A DNA stretch of 36,201 nt from an uncultured Planctomycetia bacterium. GTDB taxonomy: Bacteria > Planctomycetota > UBA8108 > UBA8890 > UBA8898. The translations under genes were made by a program, and so were the position numbers. The notes under the pieces are model-generated. The model was not told the origin of the DNA and ran no database searches. It saw only the letters and a program-made list of their open reading frames with translations. Positions 16,696 through 24,845 of this stretch are shown one piece after another. Position 1 is the stretch's first letter. Each line of letters starts with the position of its first letter. The stretch lies in NCBI GenBank assembly GCA_964529985.1, contig CAZGYL010000001.1, positions 1 to 36,201 of the forward strand, read 5' to 3'.

Positions 16696-17676
16696 CTATT
16701 TCAAGAGAAAGAAGTCCTTCAAGACATGGCAGCCGAGTGACTCAAGCAGGAAGCCGGCGGCCAGAGCGGCCATAAGCGCCGCCTTCGCGCAATCCTGAGC
16801 TTTCAGGCTTCCAAGAAGTACGGGCTGTCTAGAGAGGTACGCGCTCGCTGCGTAGAACTCATCGCCCATGATCACATAGTCGCAGGTTGTAACAAAAAAC
16901 GGCAACTGCGTGTACTTATCGGTTCCTGCGATCTGGAGAGTGCCGCAACTGAGCCCGGTCTCAGTGAGAATAAGTGATTCAGCGTAAAAAGGACCGAAAT
17001 ACAAGACCGAGGCCGGCCTCGCGCGCACGATAAGGCCGCTCAATGCTGCGGCGTAACTGAATTGCTCAGCTGCAAGAAAGACAACCGACCGGCGCTTGAA
17101 AGCGCTCCCCTTCGCCTCTTCTGTATACGCTTCCTTGACTGTTTCTTCGGTTACGGCATGTACTCCGGGATAAATGTTATACACTCTGAGCTCGGCTCCG
17201 TAACGAGCACAAAGTCGAGCCACATGTTTCAAGACATTTACAGCCGCTACGGTCGGGATCTCCGTAAGAGGGAGGAGCCCGGGTGAGAAGAAAAGCGGAC
17301 GGCCCATTTCAACGGCCCTGCCCACCGCCTGTTCGAGGGCATCCAGGCCGGGAATCCGACGCACGAAGATCTCAGGCCGCCTGCGGGCGTATATCGTCCA
17401 GCCCACAACGAGAATCGACATCAGAATGGTTACAACGGCATGGCCCGAGTACTTGGTGTTGAACCAACCGGGCTGCACGGAGGCTTTGCTGAGCACAAGC
17501 CTTCCCTGAGCGGGTCGCCCTTGGGAATGCGCGGGTTTCTCCCAATCGGCTCCGGCGGAAAAACACCTCAGGCACAGCAAGAGAACAAGAGCCGAAAAAA
17601 GCGTTCTAAAGTGCCTGATCCAGAAACCACTTTCCGGTTCACACAATTCGCTGCGACGAGGCATAAAGCTTTCCAC
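16696..17676 (-). CDS. Membrane protein (signal/TM, TM, about 200-aa domain, TM), unknown family (module gene A)
   Basis: ORF 16696..17676 starts at GTG; ATG 17664 is an alternative. Hydrophobic segments: FRTLFSALVLLLCLRCFSAGA, AVVTILMSILVVGWTIYA and C-terminal AKAALMAALAAGFLLESLG. The central region begins IPGLDALEQAVGRAVEMGRPLFFSPG. Confidence 0.65.
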   Translation of the reverse strand: MESFMPRRSELCEPESGFWIRHFRTLFSALVLLLCLRCFSAGADWEKPAHSQGRPAQGRLVLSKASVQPGWFNTKYSGHAVVTILMSILVVGWTIYARRRPEIFVRRIPGLDALEQAVGRAVEMGRPLFFSPGLLPLTEIPTVAAVNVLKHVARLCARYGAELRVYNIYPGVHAVTEETVKEAYTEEAKGSAFKRRSVVFLAAEQFSYAAALSGLIVRARPASVLYFGPFYAESLILTETGLSCGTLQIAGTDKYTQLPFFVTTCDYVIMGDEFYAASAYLSRQPVLLGSLKAQDCAKAALMAALAAGFLLESLGCHVLKDFFLLK

Positions 17677-17686
17677 GCGCTTCAGG

Positions 17687-17707
17687 CCGTTCCTCCCTGA
17701 GGAACGG
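17687..17707. promoter_or_regulatory. Perfect 9-bp inverted repeat with a 3-nt spacer between the kinase gene and module gene A
   Basis: Plus strand reads ccgttcctc-cct-gaggaacgg. In minus-strand RNA the 3' arm plus the loop contains AGGGAGGAA, the only SD-like sequence upstream of gene A. Confidence 0.5.
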
Positions 17708-17745
17708 TCGGCCTTTTTCCGTGTGGAGTATTTGGGTTTCCGACT

Positions 17746-19263
17746 TCAGGTCTCTTCTTTTGCAAGCCGGTCCAACTCATGGAGTATGTCCACCGTTTTG
17801 CCGTAGACCCGGCGATAGAGAGCAAAGCGTTTCCTGTACGAAGCTGCATCCTGCGGGATAGGCTCAAAGACCCGGCTTACCTTCGCAAGCGATCGGGCCG
17901 CCGCCTCAGGGTCTTCTATAAGTCCTGCCGCCTTTCCACCAAGCAAAGCCGCGCCGAACCCGGCTCCCTCCGTTGCATGGAGCGTAAGTACCGGGCGGTC
18001 CAAAATGGAAGCCGCTATCTGCATCCACACTTCTGATCGGGCCGCTCCACCTATCGCCTTGTAGCGTTCAATGGAAACGCCCGCTTCCTTCAGAAGCTCC
18101 GTGTTAAGAAGGATGTCGTAGGTTACGCCTTCAAGGATGGCCCGCGCTATATCGCGCCTCTGTGTTGTGAGGTGAAGACCGAGAATCGCGCCCCGGGCGC
18201 GGGTGTCCAAGTAAGGCGTTCCGGTGGTTGTGAAGTAGGGAAGTACAAGGAGCGCGGTGGGCTTCTGAGGCAGGTCCCCGCAGATTATGTCGTAAACGTC
18301 CCGTCCCGTTCTTTCCGCTTCCTCGCGCTCTTTGACGGCGAATTGGTCGCGGTACCATTTGAGCAGGCTGCCGCCTGTGAAGTTCCAGGCGAGCGAAACG
18401 TACTGGCCTTTTCCATAGGTCGGATAGGCGCAGAGGTTGTTTCTTATCATTACCGCCGGATCCGGGCTCCCGGTAAGCCGCACTCCGAGGCATACGACCG
18501 TACCGATGGCGTACATGGCCTCACCCGGACCGGTACCTGTGCCCAGAATTCCGGCAGGCTGATCGTGCAGTCCGGCGCCGATTACACAGTCCTCAGGGAG
18601 GCCCAAGTCGTTTTTCCCTATCTCGCCCACCGCCCGGCCGGGTTCCACAGGCTCGGCCAGCTTCTCAGGTCCGATTCCTGCGATTTCGAGCATGCGGTCG
18701 GACCAGCAAAGCCGCTTTACATCGAAAAGCAAAGTGCGTGCTGCAAGTGAATAATCAACAGCCGGCGGCAGCCCCATTGCGTTAACAAAAAAATCAGCGA
18801 AGCAAAGCCATTTATGAGCTCGTGAAAAGACGTCGGGCCGGTTCTTGCGGAACCAAAGCAGCTTGCAGATGGAGTGATAGCTGTTTATGGGGTGGCCCGT
18901 AACGGCGAAGCATTCCTCTTGTGAAAGTTTCTCCCGGAGCTCAAGCACCTCCTGCTCGCCCCGGCAATCGAACCCGATGATCGCGTTTGCAAGGGGCTCT
19001 CCGTTGTTGTCCACAGGCACCATGGCCTCGCCCAGCACGCTCCATGCGATGCTGCGGGGAGGGTCTTTTTTGGCTTGAGCCGCAACTTGGGCCAGCACCG
19101 TACGGATACCGGCGAGCACTTCCTGCGGCACCAGCTCAAGCTGGCCGGGTTCCGGACTCACCATGTTGTACTCGCGGTAAGCGGAAGCGATAACCCGTCC
19201 GTCAAGATCAAAGGCTACGGCCTTCGTGCCTGTAGTTCCAATGTCGAGTCCGATGATAGACAC
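17746..19263 (-). CDS. FGGY-family carbohydrate kinase (xylulokinase-like)
   Basis: ORF 17746..19287 trimmed to GTG 19263, which has AGGAGG 8 nt upstream. N-terminal SIIGLDIGTTGTKAVAFDLDG is the actin-fold phosphate-1 motif. GGSLLKW and IGGAARSEVWMQI are FGGY C-domain motifs. Confidence 0.88.
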   Translation of the reverse strand: MSIIGLDIGTTGTKAVAFDLDGRVIASAYREYNMVSPEPGQLELVPQEVLAGIRTVLAQVAAQAKKDPPRSIAWSVLGEAMVPVDNNGEPLANAIIGFDCRGEQEVLELREKLSQEECFAVTGHPINSYHSICKLLWFRKNRPDVFSRAHKWLCFADFFVNAMGLPPAVDYSLAARTLLFDVKRLCWSDRMLEIAGIGPEKLAEPVEPGRAVGEIGKNDLGLPEDCVIGAGLHDQPAGILGTGTGPGEAMYAIGTVVCLGVRLTGSPDPAVMIRNNLCAYPTYGKGQYVSLAWNFTGGSLLKWYRDQFAVKEREEAERTGRDVYDIICGDLPQKPTALLVLPYFTTTGTPYLDTRARGAILGLHLTTQRRDIARAILEGVTYDILLNTELLKEAGVSIERYKAIGGAARSEVWMQIAASILDRPVLTLHATEGAGFGAALLGGKAAGLIEDPEAAARSLAKVSRVFEPIPQDAASYRKRFALYRRVYGKTVDILHELDRLAKEET

Positions 19264-19293
19264 GGCTCTGACCTCCTGGTCCTCCAAACAGCG

Positions 19294-20118
19294 TCAATAT
19301 CCTTCGAAGATTTTCTTGCGCTCGCGCTTGTACTGCTCTTCGGTGATTATCTTCTTGTCCAGGAGCTCGCGCAGGTACTTGAGGCGGTGCATGCGTTCTT
19401 CATCCGAGAGCTTTGGCTTTTGCGGCTGTTTTTCCGAGGGAGCCTCTTGGGGAGGTTTGGTTTCCGGCTCCTGGGGCTTTCCACCCGCCAGATTTTCAAA
19501 GGGCACTTCAAGCCAGAGGCGATGGGTGCGGCCTTTCGGATCGCGGTGCAATCTTGCTGCAGGCGGGAGAATGAGCATGCAGGTGCTCACTGTGTGCCGC
19601 GTCGGATCGTCCCATTCGGTCCTGAAGAGCTCCTCCCGCCTGTCCGATTCAGGAGTATCGTCCACAAGGTCGAACGCTACGTTCAACACACCGGCCGGTT
19701 TGACGAATACCACTCCGCGTGAAACCCGCGTTATCGGGATAAACTTAAGCTCGGTGTGCGGATTGCTCATTTTGAACCTGATCCGCTCTGAAGGACCGCA
19801 ACGCGCAAGGCCTTCGGCTACGGCCTGAGCAAAAGCCGGGACCAGGTCCGAGGAGAAAACAGGAAGTTCCCGCGTGGTTAAGAGTCCCTCCGAGCGGTAC
19901 TTGAGTGAAGCGAAGAACTTCTGGAGATCCGCAACCGGGAGCCTCGCCGGGTGGGCGTAGCCCGCATCGACCACCGCCCCGCCTCGTCTCAGCTGTTCGA
20001 TCTCTACAACGAGGTGATTCTCGCTTACAAGCGGCACCTTAAGCTGCCATGTTGTAGCTGCACAGCCGCAAAGGAAGAGCAACCCGGAAAGAAGGAAGTT
20101 CACCGCGGCCTTTTGCAC
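19294..20118 (-). CDS. Lipoprotein with a C-terminal SHOCT domain
   Basis: ORF 19294..20157 trimmed to GTG 20118, which has AGGAGGAG 5 nt upstream. That start gives the signal peptide MQKAAVNFLLSGLLFLCGC with a lipobox-like LCGC. A Pro/Glu/Lys-rich linker follows. The C-terminus LSDEERMHRLKYLRELLDKKIITEEQYKRERKKIF matches the SHOCT pattern. Confidence 0.7.
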   Translation of the reverse strand: MQKAAVNFLLSGLLFLCGCAATTWQLKVPLVSENHLVVEIEQLRRGGAVVDAGYAHPARLPVADLQKFFASLKYRSEGLLTTRELPVFSSDLVPAFAQAVAEGLARCGPSERIRFKMSNPHTELKFIPITRVSRGVVFVKPAGVLNVAFDLVDDTPESDRREELFRTEWDDPTRHTVSTCMLILPPAARLHRDPKGRTHRLWLEVPFENLAGGKPQEPETKPPQEAPSEKQPQKPKLSDEERMHRLKYLRELLDKKIITEEQYKRERKKIFEGY

Positions 20119-20186
20119 CGATCTCCTCCTGCGGTTTCGTTTCCGAAGCGATTGCACGCAGAGCGGACTCTCGAGGTCGACTGTGG

Positions 20187-20215
20187 ATCATAGAAGCGCA
20201 GGGAAGCCTTGACAA
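20187..20215 (-). promoter_or_regulatory. Sigma-70-type promoter candidate TTGTCA-N17-TATGAT upstream of the SHOCT lipoprotein, kinase and membrane operon
   Basis: Minus strand has TTGTCA (20215-20210), a 17-nt spacer, then TATGAT (20192-20187). Each hexamer is a 5/6 match to consensus. The site sits in the 73-nt gap after the BNR gene. Confidence 0.5.
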
Positions 20216-20230
20216 GGCCGCTAAGGCGAA

Positions 20231-22177
20231 TCAGTGCTTCAGGAGGTGGAAACCGGCTCCATCGGTTCCCAACACAACGCGGTTTCCAGGCGCGGGGCTT
20301 GCGCGCATTACGGTGACAGGCCTCGGTCCCAAGCGGCTCTCAAGTTGCAGCCATTTGTTCCCTTCACCTGGAGACCACCACAACCCATCAGGCTCAAAAG
20401 CACCTGAATGAGCTTTGCCGAAACACGCAACAAGCCCCTTGGATCCCACCGGGACAAGCCCCCTCGGTTTCAGCGGGAGGCTCAAAACCCGCTCCCAAGC
20501 TTTCCCTGAAAACTTCCAGACGCCTCCCAGCGCTGCTGCGAAAAGTTCCGGGCCGCGCTTTGCAACCGGTCCGGTTGCACCGGGAAGAGCCGAAGCGAGG
20601 CGCAGCCAAGTTCTGCCTCCGTCGGTACTGCGCCATACGCCTCCTCTGGGGCCGTCCCACGTGAGGTAAAGCTCAAGCGGTGAGAAAGCCGTAAAGAAGC
20701 CTCTACGGCCGCCGGGCGGAAGCAGCAAGACGGGCAGCCAGCCCGATCCACTCCTTCGGTGGACTGCACCACCGAAAAGAGCAAGGCAGGCCGGCCGAAG
20801 CGGCTCAGGGGGCAGGAAATCCAAGACCGGCCCTCTTTCAATACGCACAAAGAGTCGCCAGGCAGGCGGGAAGGTGGAAGTCAGGTAAACTCGGGTACCT
20901 CGAGGCCCACCCAGTCTCCAGGCGAAAAGCTCGATGCGTTCACCTCCAGCGAAACGCACCCGGTCAGGGACCAGGTCGGGCTCGGGCAAGCGCAGCCTCC
21001 GCCAATGAGTTCCTCCGTCAAGCGAATACCAGGAAGTTCGGTCAGCCGTTATCACCATGAGCGGACTCCCGCCGGGTGCGAATGCTGCGTCTTCAGCCCG
21101 GAGAAAGGAAATTCCACTTCCCCGGAAACCTTGTTCCTCAGGAATGCTGCTTGGCATGAACGTTCCGCCGCGCTCAACAATAAGGTATTCAGGGGACCAA
21201 ACCGCAAGACCGGGTCCTCCTTGTACGCCTTTGAGGGGACGGCCCGTCTGCTTGACCGGCTCGGAATCGAGCAGTTTTCGAATCGGGTGCCATGAGGGCT
21301 CTCCGGCTGAACGTTTCCAGAGCCCGCCGCTCCGCGGGCCGCTGCAGACGCAGTACAGTGCGCCGCCGGAGAGTGCGAGCCGTTCGACGCGGCTGCCCTC
21401 AGGGAGGCCTTGCACCCAGGGTTCCCATGCTCCGGTGGGGCCGGTGGATCGGTAAACCCCCCCTCCTTCCAGCAGAACTACAAATGAGGTCGTACCGGGA
21501 AGGCGGGCGGCTTGAAGTGCTCCTTCGCGGGGCAATCCTTGCAAGGACCGGGTCCACCTCCTGCCGCCTGTTGTTGAGAGAAAGACCCCCAGTGAAGTCG
21601 CCAGGCAGCCCAGGCGCCCCGTCGCAAACGCACACGAGCGTACCGATCCAAGTCCTACGGCTGCAAGTCGCCAAGTGCGGCCGAAGTCTTCCGATCTGTA
21701 AAGCTTTCCTTCGTTGCTTACGGAGGACCGAGGGTAAATCTCAAGCTTCAGTCCCGTACCGGCCAGTAAGGTTTCCGGCGTCAACGGCACATGAACGAGT
21801 ACAGCCACAGGACACCCGAAGAAAGGGGATCGAGCAAGCGGCAGTCCGCTGCCGAAGCGCTCCCAGGTGACCCCGCCGTCCGAACTGCGCACCACTCCGT
21901 TGAGGGTTCCGGCAAGCACTGTATCGGGATTCTGGGGGTGGAAAAGAAAAGTCTGTACAGGAGGAACGCCCGGACTTCGGGCGATAGAATAAGTTCGGCC
22001 GCCGTCGGAGCTGCGCCAGATTCCTCCCCAGGGACCTGCGACCAAAAGGCTTCCCGCTTTATGGGGGCTGAAAACCAAAGCTGCAGGAGGCCCGCCCGGT
22101 CCCGGTTCACATAGAGGTTCGGTTGTAAACCGCCCGGTCGCAGAGGAAAAGAACAGAAGAAGGCACCAAGCAGGCAT
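20231..22177 (-). CDS. Secreted BNR/Asp-box repeat beta-propeller protein (sialidase/Ycf48/sortilin-like fold)
   Basis: Signal-like MPAWCLLLFFSSATG. Repeated S-x-D-x-G-x-T-W boxes: SSDGGRTY, SSDGGVTWERF, SEDFGRTWRLA, STTGGRRWTRS, SLDGGTHWRRL, STDGGRTWLRL. GAGGAGG lies 9 nt upstream of the ATG. Confidence 0.85.
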   Translation of the reverse strand: MPAWCLLLFFSSATGRFTTEPLCEPGPGGPPAALVFSPHKAGSLLVAGPWGGIWRSSDGGRTYSIARSPGVPPVQTFLFHPQNPDTVLAGTLNGVVRSSDGGVTWERFGSGLPLARSPFFGCPVAVLVHVPLTPETLLAGTGLKLEIYPRSSVSNEGKLYRSEDFGRTWRLAAVGLGSVRSCAFATGRLGCLATSLGVFLSTTGGRRWTRSLQGLPREGALQAARLPGTTSFVVLLEGGGVYRSTGPTGAWEPWVQGLPEGSRVERLALSGGALYCVCSGPRSGGLWKRSAGEPSWHPIRKLLDSEPVKQTGRPLKGVQGGPGLAVWSPEYLIVERGGTFMPSSIPEEQGFRGSGISFLRAEDAAFAPGGSPLMVITADRTSWYSLDGGTHWRRLRLPEPDLVPDRVRFAGGERIELFAWRLGGPRGTRVYLTSTFPPAWRLFVRIERGPVLDFLPPEPLRPACLALFGGAVHRRSGSGWLPVLLLPPGGRRGFFTAFSPLELYLTWDGPRGGVWRSTDGGRTWLRLASALPGATGPVAKRGPELFAAALGGVWKFSGKAWERVLSLPLKPRGLVPVGSKGLVACFGKAHSGAFEPDGLWWSPGEGNKWLQLESRLGPRPVTVMRASPAPGNRVVLGTDGAGFHLLKH

Positions 22178-22205
22178 CTGTGCAAGCCTCCTCAGTCTCG
22201 ATCTT

Positions 22206-22275
22206 CCGAACGGGACTTGCCCGGTCGCGTATCTATCTCAAGAATACAACGTAAGAGAGCAAGTCGCCGAACGGG
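22206..22275. repeat. Direct repeat CCGAACGGG x2 in the divergent intergenic region
   Basis: ccgaacggg at 22206-22214 and at 22267-22275, with a partial third copy ggaacggac at 22281-22289. These lie between the divergently transcribed BNR and metallophosphoesterase genes. Confidence 0.5.
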
Positions 22276-22292
22276 CTTTTGGAACGGACCCG

Positions 22293-23192
22293 ATGCGGAT
22301 CCTCATTACAGCGGACCTACACTACGAAAATCCGCGGAGCCGGCCCTCTGCGCGGGCTGTTGCGGCCAGAATCTGCGGTGAGGGCGGGGATGTGCTGATC
22401 CTCGGGGGAGATACTTTTGCGGTCGACCTTTCAATTCTCAAGGAATGCTTGGCGCTCTTTGATGACTTCCGCGGCACAAAGCTTCTCGTTGTAGGAAACC
22501 ACTGCCTTTGGGTTTTGGAGGAGGGCGATTCGTTCCGCAGGTATACCGAGGAAATCCCGGAGGTGGCTGAAAAGGCCGGTTGGCATGTTTTGGACCGCTC
22601 GCCCGTTGTGATCGGCTCTGTGGGCTTCGTCGGTTCCGTGGGCTGGTATGATTACAAGTTCCGCGATCCGAACCTCAAGGTGCCCGAGCGTTTTTACGCT
22701 GCAAAGATCGGACCGGGTACCGCGCGTTTTCTGGAGCGTTATTTCCCTTTACTTGAGAATCAGTCGGATCTGCTGCCGTGGCATTTCTCGATTCGAAGCC
22801 GGTGGATGGACAGCGAGTACATCCGCTGGCGTTTCACCGACCAAGAGTTCGCAGCTTACACGGCGCAAAGGCTTGAGGCACACTTGAAACAAATAGCCCC
22901 GCATGTGGAGACGATCGTCGCTGTCACGCATCATGTGCCTCTGGAGGAGATGGTCCGGCGGAAGGAGAACGATCCTTCATGGAATTTTGCAAACGCGTTC
23001 CAAGGATCGCCGCTTTTGGGCGAGGTGCTGAAGAAAGAGGCAAAGGTAAAGTATATCGTCTGCGGCCACGTGCATAAGCCTCAAGAACTTCAACTTGACG
23101 GCCGTCGGGCTTGGAACGTCGGGAGCGGTATACGCAGGAAGAGGATTGTACTTATAGACACAGAGAAGCCGGACGGCCGGTTGCTCGACTGA
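22293..23192 (+). CDS. Calcineurin-like metallophosphoesterase
   Basis: Canonical motif order is present: ITADLHY (DxH), ILGGDTF (GDxx), VVGNHC (GNHD/E-like), AVTHHVP, VCGHVHKP (GHxH). Confidence 0.85.
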   Translation: MRILITADLHYENPRSRPSARAVAARICGEGGDVLILGGDTFAVDLSILKECLALFDDFRGTKLLVVGNHCLWVLEEGDSFRRYTEEIPEVAEKAGWHVLDRSPVVIGSVGFVGSVGWYDYKFRDPNLKVPERFYAAKIGPGTARFLERYFPLLENQSDLLPWHFSIRSRWMDSEYIRWRFTDQEFAAYTAQRLEAHLKQIAPHVETIVAVTHHVPLEEMVRRKENDPSWNFANAFQGSPLLGEVLKKEAKVKYIVCGHVHKPQELQLDGRRAWNVGSGIRRKRIVLIDTEKPDGRLLD

Positions 23193-23208
23193 GCCGACCC
23201 GCCGGCCT

Positions 23209-24636
23209 CTATTTGACGAAACCCGAAAGCAGTTTATGTACAGTGGCGGGCACTTGGAAGACGCAGATATAGGTGAACGCGGCGAACGCCACTATAAGCC
23301 CTAAAGCGTGGTACCACCTCGGCTTTAGAATCGGCCAGCAGGTCTCCGGGATCAATCGTCTCTGGGCTACGAAAAGTCCCCACAACACGGCGAACGCTTG
23401 CAGGGGGACAAGAAGCAGTCCGTCGAAAATAGATCCAAGCTTTACAAGTGCGACGGGCTGCGTGCCGAAAAGCGCGAGTATAAGAAGGTTGGAAAGGATA
23501 AAAAGGATCAAGAACAGCCGGAATCTGGTCTGAACTTTCATTGACCGGAAAACCGGGAAGAGAATTCTTGCACAATCGGCAAGCAGCCGCGGCCAACCTG
23601 CGAACTGCCCCAGTTGAGTGCTTATCATTGCGGCTGATCCTGCAAGCAGGAAAAGCGTCGCTCCCAGGGAGCCCCATTTCTCCGAGAACAGGCGGGAGAG
23701 CTCAAAAGCGACCTGCTCTCCGTGAGGCAGTATGCGCGCGGGACGCAGAATCCCCGCCCCTGCGATAAGAAAAGCTCCTGTCACGATCGAGCCTATCACA
23801 AGGGCGCTGGTTGCATCCCACGCGACGACACGGATCCAGCCGCGTATGCTGCGCGCCTCCTCTTCGCTCAGGCCCGCAAGTCTCTTCTCGTCCGCCTTTT
23901 CACCCCAAGAGCGTTCCTGAGCCATTCCGTAGCCCGCTCCGAGCACCCAGTAACTGTACCATACCTGGCTTGCAAACCCGCCGGCGGCCCAGCCGATAAG
24001 CGGGAGAATCTCCGCCCATGCGGTCGTTATTTTGGGGTCGGTTTTGCGAACCCAATCAGGAACGGGAGGCACAGCGAAGCCGAAAAGATCGATAAGGAGC
24101 TGCTTGAAAGGCGGTAGGCTGTGCGCCGCCACATAGAGCACGCCCACAACGATGATACCTACAAGCAAGGCCATGAGCTGCTTCAGAAGCCCGAAGCGGC
24201 CGGTCAGTGCGACAAAGAAGGCAAACGCGGTAACGCCCGCCCCCCAAATCAGTATCCCGTTGGGACCGAGCGGAAAAAGCGTTTGAAGGAAGGTTGCAGC
24301 TGCAGTGGCAAGGGCGCCGATCGAGCAGATACCCGCTGCCACTTGCACGAAGAACACAACCGCCACAAGCCAATTGCGGGGTCCGGGCACGCGGCTGAAG
24401 CAATCAACCATGCCCTCTCCGGTCACAACAGTGTAACGGGCTCCGCAAAGACCGATCCAGTACTTCAGGAAGATACCGAACACAACGGCCCAAAGGACTG
24501 CAGGCCCCAGTGCGGCTCCGGCTCTGGTGGCATTGAGCACTTCTCCGGAACCGATGTATTCCCCGCACCAGACAAGGGAGGGACCCAGTACCAACAGGAC
24601 GCCCCAAAAACCCGCCGGAGCCTTTCGAACGGCCAT
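23209..24636 (-). CDS. Nramp-like (LeuT-fold) membrane transporter with non-canonical TM1/TM6 site residues
   Basis: 475 aa with about 11 TM helices. N-terminal GPSLVWCGEYIGSGEVLNATRAGAALGPAVLWAVV aligns by eye with the Nramp pattern GPG...DPGN...GA.fGY.LLW, but DPGN is replaced by GSGE. No MPH motif is present; the equivalent region reads AAGGFASQVWYSYW. AAGGAGA lies upstream of the ATG. Confidence 0.6.
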   Translation of the reverse strand: MAVRKAPAGFWGVLLVLGPSLVWCGEYIGSGEVLNATRAGAALGPAVLWAVVFGIFLKYWIGLCGARYTVVTGEGMVDCFSRVPGPRNWLVAVVFFVQVAAGICSIGALATAAATFLQTLFPLGPNGILIWGAGVTAFAFFVALTGRFGLLKQLMALLVGIIVVGVLYVAAHSLPPFKQLLIDLFGFAVPPVPDWVRKTDPKITTAWAEILPLIGWAAGGFASQVWYSYWVLGAGYGMAQERSWGEKADEKRLAGLSEEEARSIRGWIRVVAWDATSALVIGSIVTGAFLIAGAGILRPARILPHGEQVAFELSRLFSEKWGSLGATLFLLAGSAAMISTQLGQFAGWPRLLADCARILFPVFRSMKVQTRFRLFLILFILSNLLILALFGTQPVALVKLGSIFDGLLLVPLQAFAVLWGLFVAQRRLIPETCWPILKPRWYHALGLIVAFAAFTYICVFQVPATVHKLLSGFVK

Positions 24637-24845
24637 GGTTTCTCCTTGAGCTCTGCTTTAACCTGCACTCGGGCACGGCCTCAGCCGCTTAAGGTGAAGG
24701 GACATTGTATCGGAAAGACCCTGCAGCGCACAGAGGGTGAAGAAAGCCGGGCGGGAAGCTTTCAACAACAATCGGCAAGGCTTAGAATAGGCAATTCCCG
24801 TGAAACCGAACAAGAACTTTGTAATGGCTTCGAGGATCTCGCAAA

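Noticed and set aside
24637-24845. Possible yybP-ykoY (Mn) riboswitch or Fur/MntR box in the 209-nt leader of the Nramp-like gene. Also the GGTGAAG direct repeat (24693-24699 and 24736-24742) and the GAAT-N5-ATTC imperfect palindrome.
   Set aside because: No GGGGAGUAG / UUGACA / AGACC riboswitch core appears on the relevant strand, and there is no recognisable Fur-box 19-mer. The short repeats are weak and could be chance.
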